NCBI RefSeq assembly: GCF_963676685.1
Contig: NC_092348.1
Coordinates: forward strand, 80,848,001 to 80,912,000
Length of the DNA stretch: 64,000 nucleotides
Source: Mytilus edulis
Taxonomy: Eukaryota
Direction: 5' to 3'
The position numbers were made by a program, and so were the translations under genes. The stretch's first letter is position 1; every line of letters starts with the position of its first letter. This document shows, piece by piece, positions 61,079 through 64,000 of this stretch. The notes beneath the pieces were generated by a model that was given only the letters and a program-made list of their open reading frames with translations, made no database searches and was not told the DNA's origin.

Positions 61079-62633
61079 CAAGGCCGTAACTAGGCATTTT
61101 ATTTAAGTGAGGCAAAATAATTGAGCCGAGCGAAGCGAGGCGAAGAGAGGCGAAATTTTTTTTTTGAGGGTATGAAATGAATGGTGTAAAATCCTGCATT
61201 CTAGGATTTTTTAGAGAGTTTGATAATGTTTTGAATTTGGACACTTTTTATATAAATTTTTCAAATTTTAAGACTTTTACTAACACCAACAACTTTATTT
61301 AAATTTATATGTAAGATAATCATCCAAATATCACTGATTTGAGTCTGCTGCCAGAACATAGAACAAACATCGATTCAGTAGAGTTTGCCAAATTTTTCTA
61401 TTGCCGGTTCAGTCAAATCGTTTCAGAATCATAATTTGGTCTACTGGTATCCTTATCGAGTTATTTCAAGTTTTCATTCGTTTCAGGGCAGTCTGTGTTT
61501 CTAAAGGTAGCACATTATCATCAACACAATGATCAATGTCTTCTTCCAATTCCTTCTCCATCAGCAATTCGGTAGCAGCATCGGTAGTAACAGTTTTGTT
61601 TGCAAAAGGGAATAAAGCTTTCCTGTAAGAACCATCATACAGTCGCAGTTTCAAAATATTCAACTCGCTTTATGTTGACAAAGAGTAGACAAACTAGGGA
61701 TAGAATGAGATAAGATACAGGTATATGATTCTATCTATAGAGTAAGTATATCTGGTATGGGTACAGGGGAAATTGGACTGGAGTTTTTGACGTTTACATG
61801 TAGGTCCGTAATTTCCAATTATTTCTGGAAATAGTTGGTGGTATTTTAGTTCCAGAATCTATAAATTTAGGGATTAGGGTCTGGGGTGTCCGATTCCGAA
61901 ACCCCGAATATAACGAAACGAAATTCCGTAGTCCCGAATAAGTAAAGACAAAATCCTGTGTTAAAGGTTCCACCATTCGATCCTCAATAATATCAAATTG
62001 GAATATGGGATATTCTTTCAATTTTTAAGGTTAAAGAAACATGGATAAAAACTAATCCATGGATGTTTCATATTATTTATATTTTTTTTATCTGTAAAGA
62101 GAAAGATTAAAGTTCGCGAAATGAATACGCAGACAGGACTGCTCCCTTGCGATGCCCAGTACTTGATTTGTCAAAAGTTGGTGAAACGGAGAAATGAATA
62201 CGCAGACAGGACTGCCCCCTTCCGAAGACCAGTACTTCATTTGTGAGTCTACTTAATACTTATCGTTTTTTGATTGCACTAATGAAGTTATATGCAATAC
62301 TCAGACTCTGTTCACCAAAAAACTAGTTTACTAGAATTATTCCTTATTTACCTTCAGTGTTGCTTTTCCTTTTTCTGCAAGAGCCTGTTTTTAACTAGAG
62401 ATCCATTATGATTATCGTTACTAGGTTAATGTAATCGAGAAACATCACCCGTTGAGATGCTGAGTTATATCCAGGAAGAATAGTTTAAAAGGAATGATGA
62501 CAAGTTATAGAAATCAAGGTTGAGACAGAACAACAAACGACTATTATATTTATATACATGTATAAAAAAAAATCAGTGTTGAAATTTTAGTGAGGCAATT
62601 GCCTCACTTGCCTCAAGGGTAGTTACGGCCTTG
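61079..62633. mobile_element. Non-autonomous hAT-like (hAT5-type 5-bp TSD) DNA transposon
   Basis: 14-bp TIR CAAGGCCGTAACTA...TAGTTACGGCCTTG, AAATT flanking both ends, subterminal TGAGGCA/TGCCTCA motifs and an internal ~53-bp direct repeat (62118/62191). Confidence 0.75.
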
Positions 62634-64000
62634 AAATTGATAAAAAAAAAAATACCCAATCAATAAAATCCTATCAAGTCAAATATACAGTTGAGTTCAA
62701 ATATTTTAGTTCATATTTAAAACTTTATTTAATTTTTCTATCTTCTACAGTGTCTGCAAAAACACAAAATGTAGTAAAAATCTTAATTAATGACCACAAC
62801 TCCTTCCAGGACCCAACTGATATTTTCAGTGCTGTTGACCCATTTGTAAATCCTATCCTGCTGCTCATTTTTCTAATTTATATTTTCAGTATCAGCTATT
62901 ATAATAGTTTTCACACAAAAATGGGTAAACATCTTCATTTAAGGACTATTTCTTCTATAAGAGATCAACTGATCAGTTTTTGCCACTAACTATTTCTGTC
63001 TATCTACTCAAGTTTCTGCAAAATGGTTGAAATCGTCATTAAAAGGTTATATCTCCAATCATAAATCGACTAAAAAATTCTATAATTTGACTTCTATGTC
63101 AAGTCTACAAATCAAGGGCAACAACTTCTGTTAATAAATCCATTGATGACTATTCAAATTTCCAATGGATTTTGCAACCATAATTACCCATTTAATAATT
63201 TAAAAGCAGTGTAAGGGAGGTAATCATAATTTTACTTAAAAGTAATTGTCCATTAATCAGGACACCCGTGTTTCCCCCCCCCCTTTTTTGCCACTAATTC
63301 CTAATCGGTTTGGTCATAACCCTCAAAAGCCAAACATAACCATCCCTTTCTGGTATGGAACCTAGTGGTATAATTTCAGAGAGATCCATACATCGTTTCA
63401 TAAAATATTGTCTGGAAACTAGAAAAATGTTTATTTGGGCCCCTAATTCCTAAATTGTTAGGATCACAACCCCCAAAATCAATCCCAACCTTACTTTTGT
63501 GGTTATAAACCTTGTGTTTAAATTTCATAGATTTCTAATCACTTATACTAAAGATATTGTCTGTAAAACAAAGTGTCTTTGAAATAGGGTTGAGGTCAGA
63601 TGAATCCTGTCTGAGGGCCATGTAGACTTTTCAAGGAATCCATATACCAAATACAGCTATCCTATTACTCATAATTAGTCAGAAATTCACATTAAAAAAA
63701 TGTCAATTTTTTTTTCAAGCAGTTGCTGAACCATGATTGATTGATTGATTGATTGTTGGTTGCTTTACGCCGCATTAGCACAAGGCTGACCCATGAAAAT
63801 GAGGTCATGGACTTTTGACATATGGTTTCTACATACAAGATATGAAATCTACAGGTCTTCCACCTTCTTAAAGGTTAAGATTTATAGTCATATAGTTTAT
63901 GACGCAGCCAGATAGTAATAACTATGTCTCACATACTGCAACAAAAAAGTTGCAAGTGAGACAATTAAAGAAAATATTTGCATTTTTGTTTAGCTCTTGA

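Noticed and set aside
61466-61663. 65-aa ORF inside the hAT-like element as a transposase
   Set aside because: I could not recognise any hAT motif and it is too short to support the call.

Overview
AT-rich eukaryotic genomic DNA with spliceosomal introns. Repeat and gene content suggest a bivalve such as Mytilus, which is inference only. No prokaryotic features or CRISPR arrays are present. (1) 244-12701 is a young Ngaro-type DIRS (tyrosine-recombinase) retrotransposon with split direct repeats A1...B1-A2-B2 and gag, RT/RNase H and YR ORFs. It sits inside an old L1/Tx1 RT fragment, and its gag is interrupted by a 5.8-kb CCC-ended EnSpm/CACTA-like transposon that itself carries a Helentron-type element. 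(2) About 15-42 kb is a three-unit tandem duplication. Each unit carries a two-exon gene for a secreted Gly/Tyr-rich protein, and unit 1 is inflated by Kolobok-, Helitron-, Harbinger- and Academ-like insertions. A tandem repeat with a minimal hammerhead ribozyme lies at about 35.2 kb. (3) 44.4-50.5 kb is a six-exon secreted coiled-coil C-type lectin gene with an IS3EU-like foldback element in intron 2. (4) 51.7-59.3 kb holds two paralogous RING/B-box/NHL (TRIM-like) genes that lack a coiled coil and both end in a CaaX prenylation box. A hAT-like element lies at 61.1-62.6 kb. All family calls come from motifs read by eye; no database searches were run.
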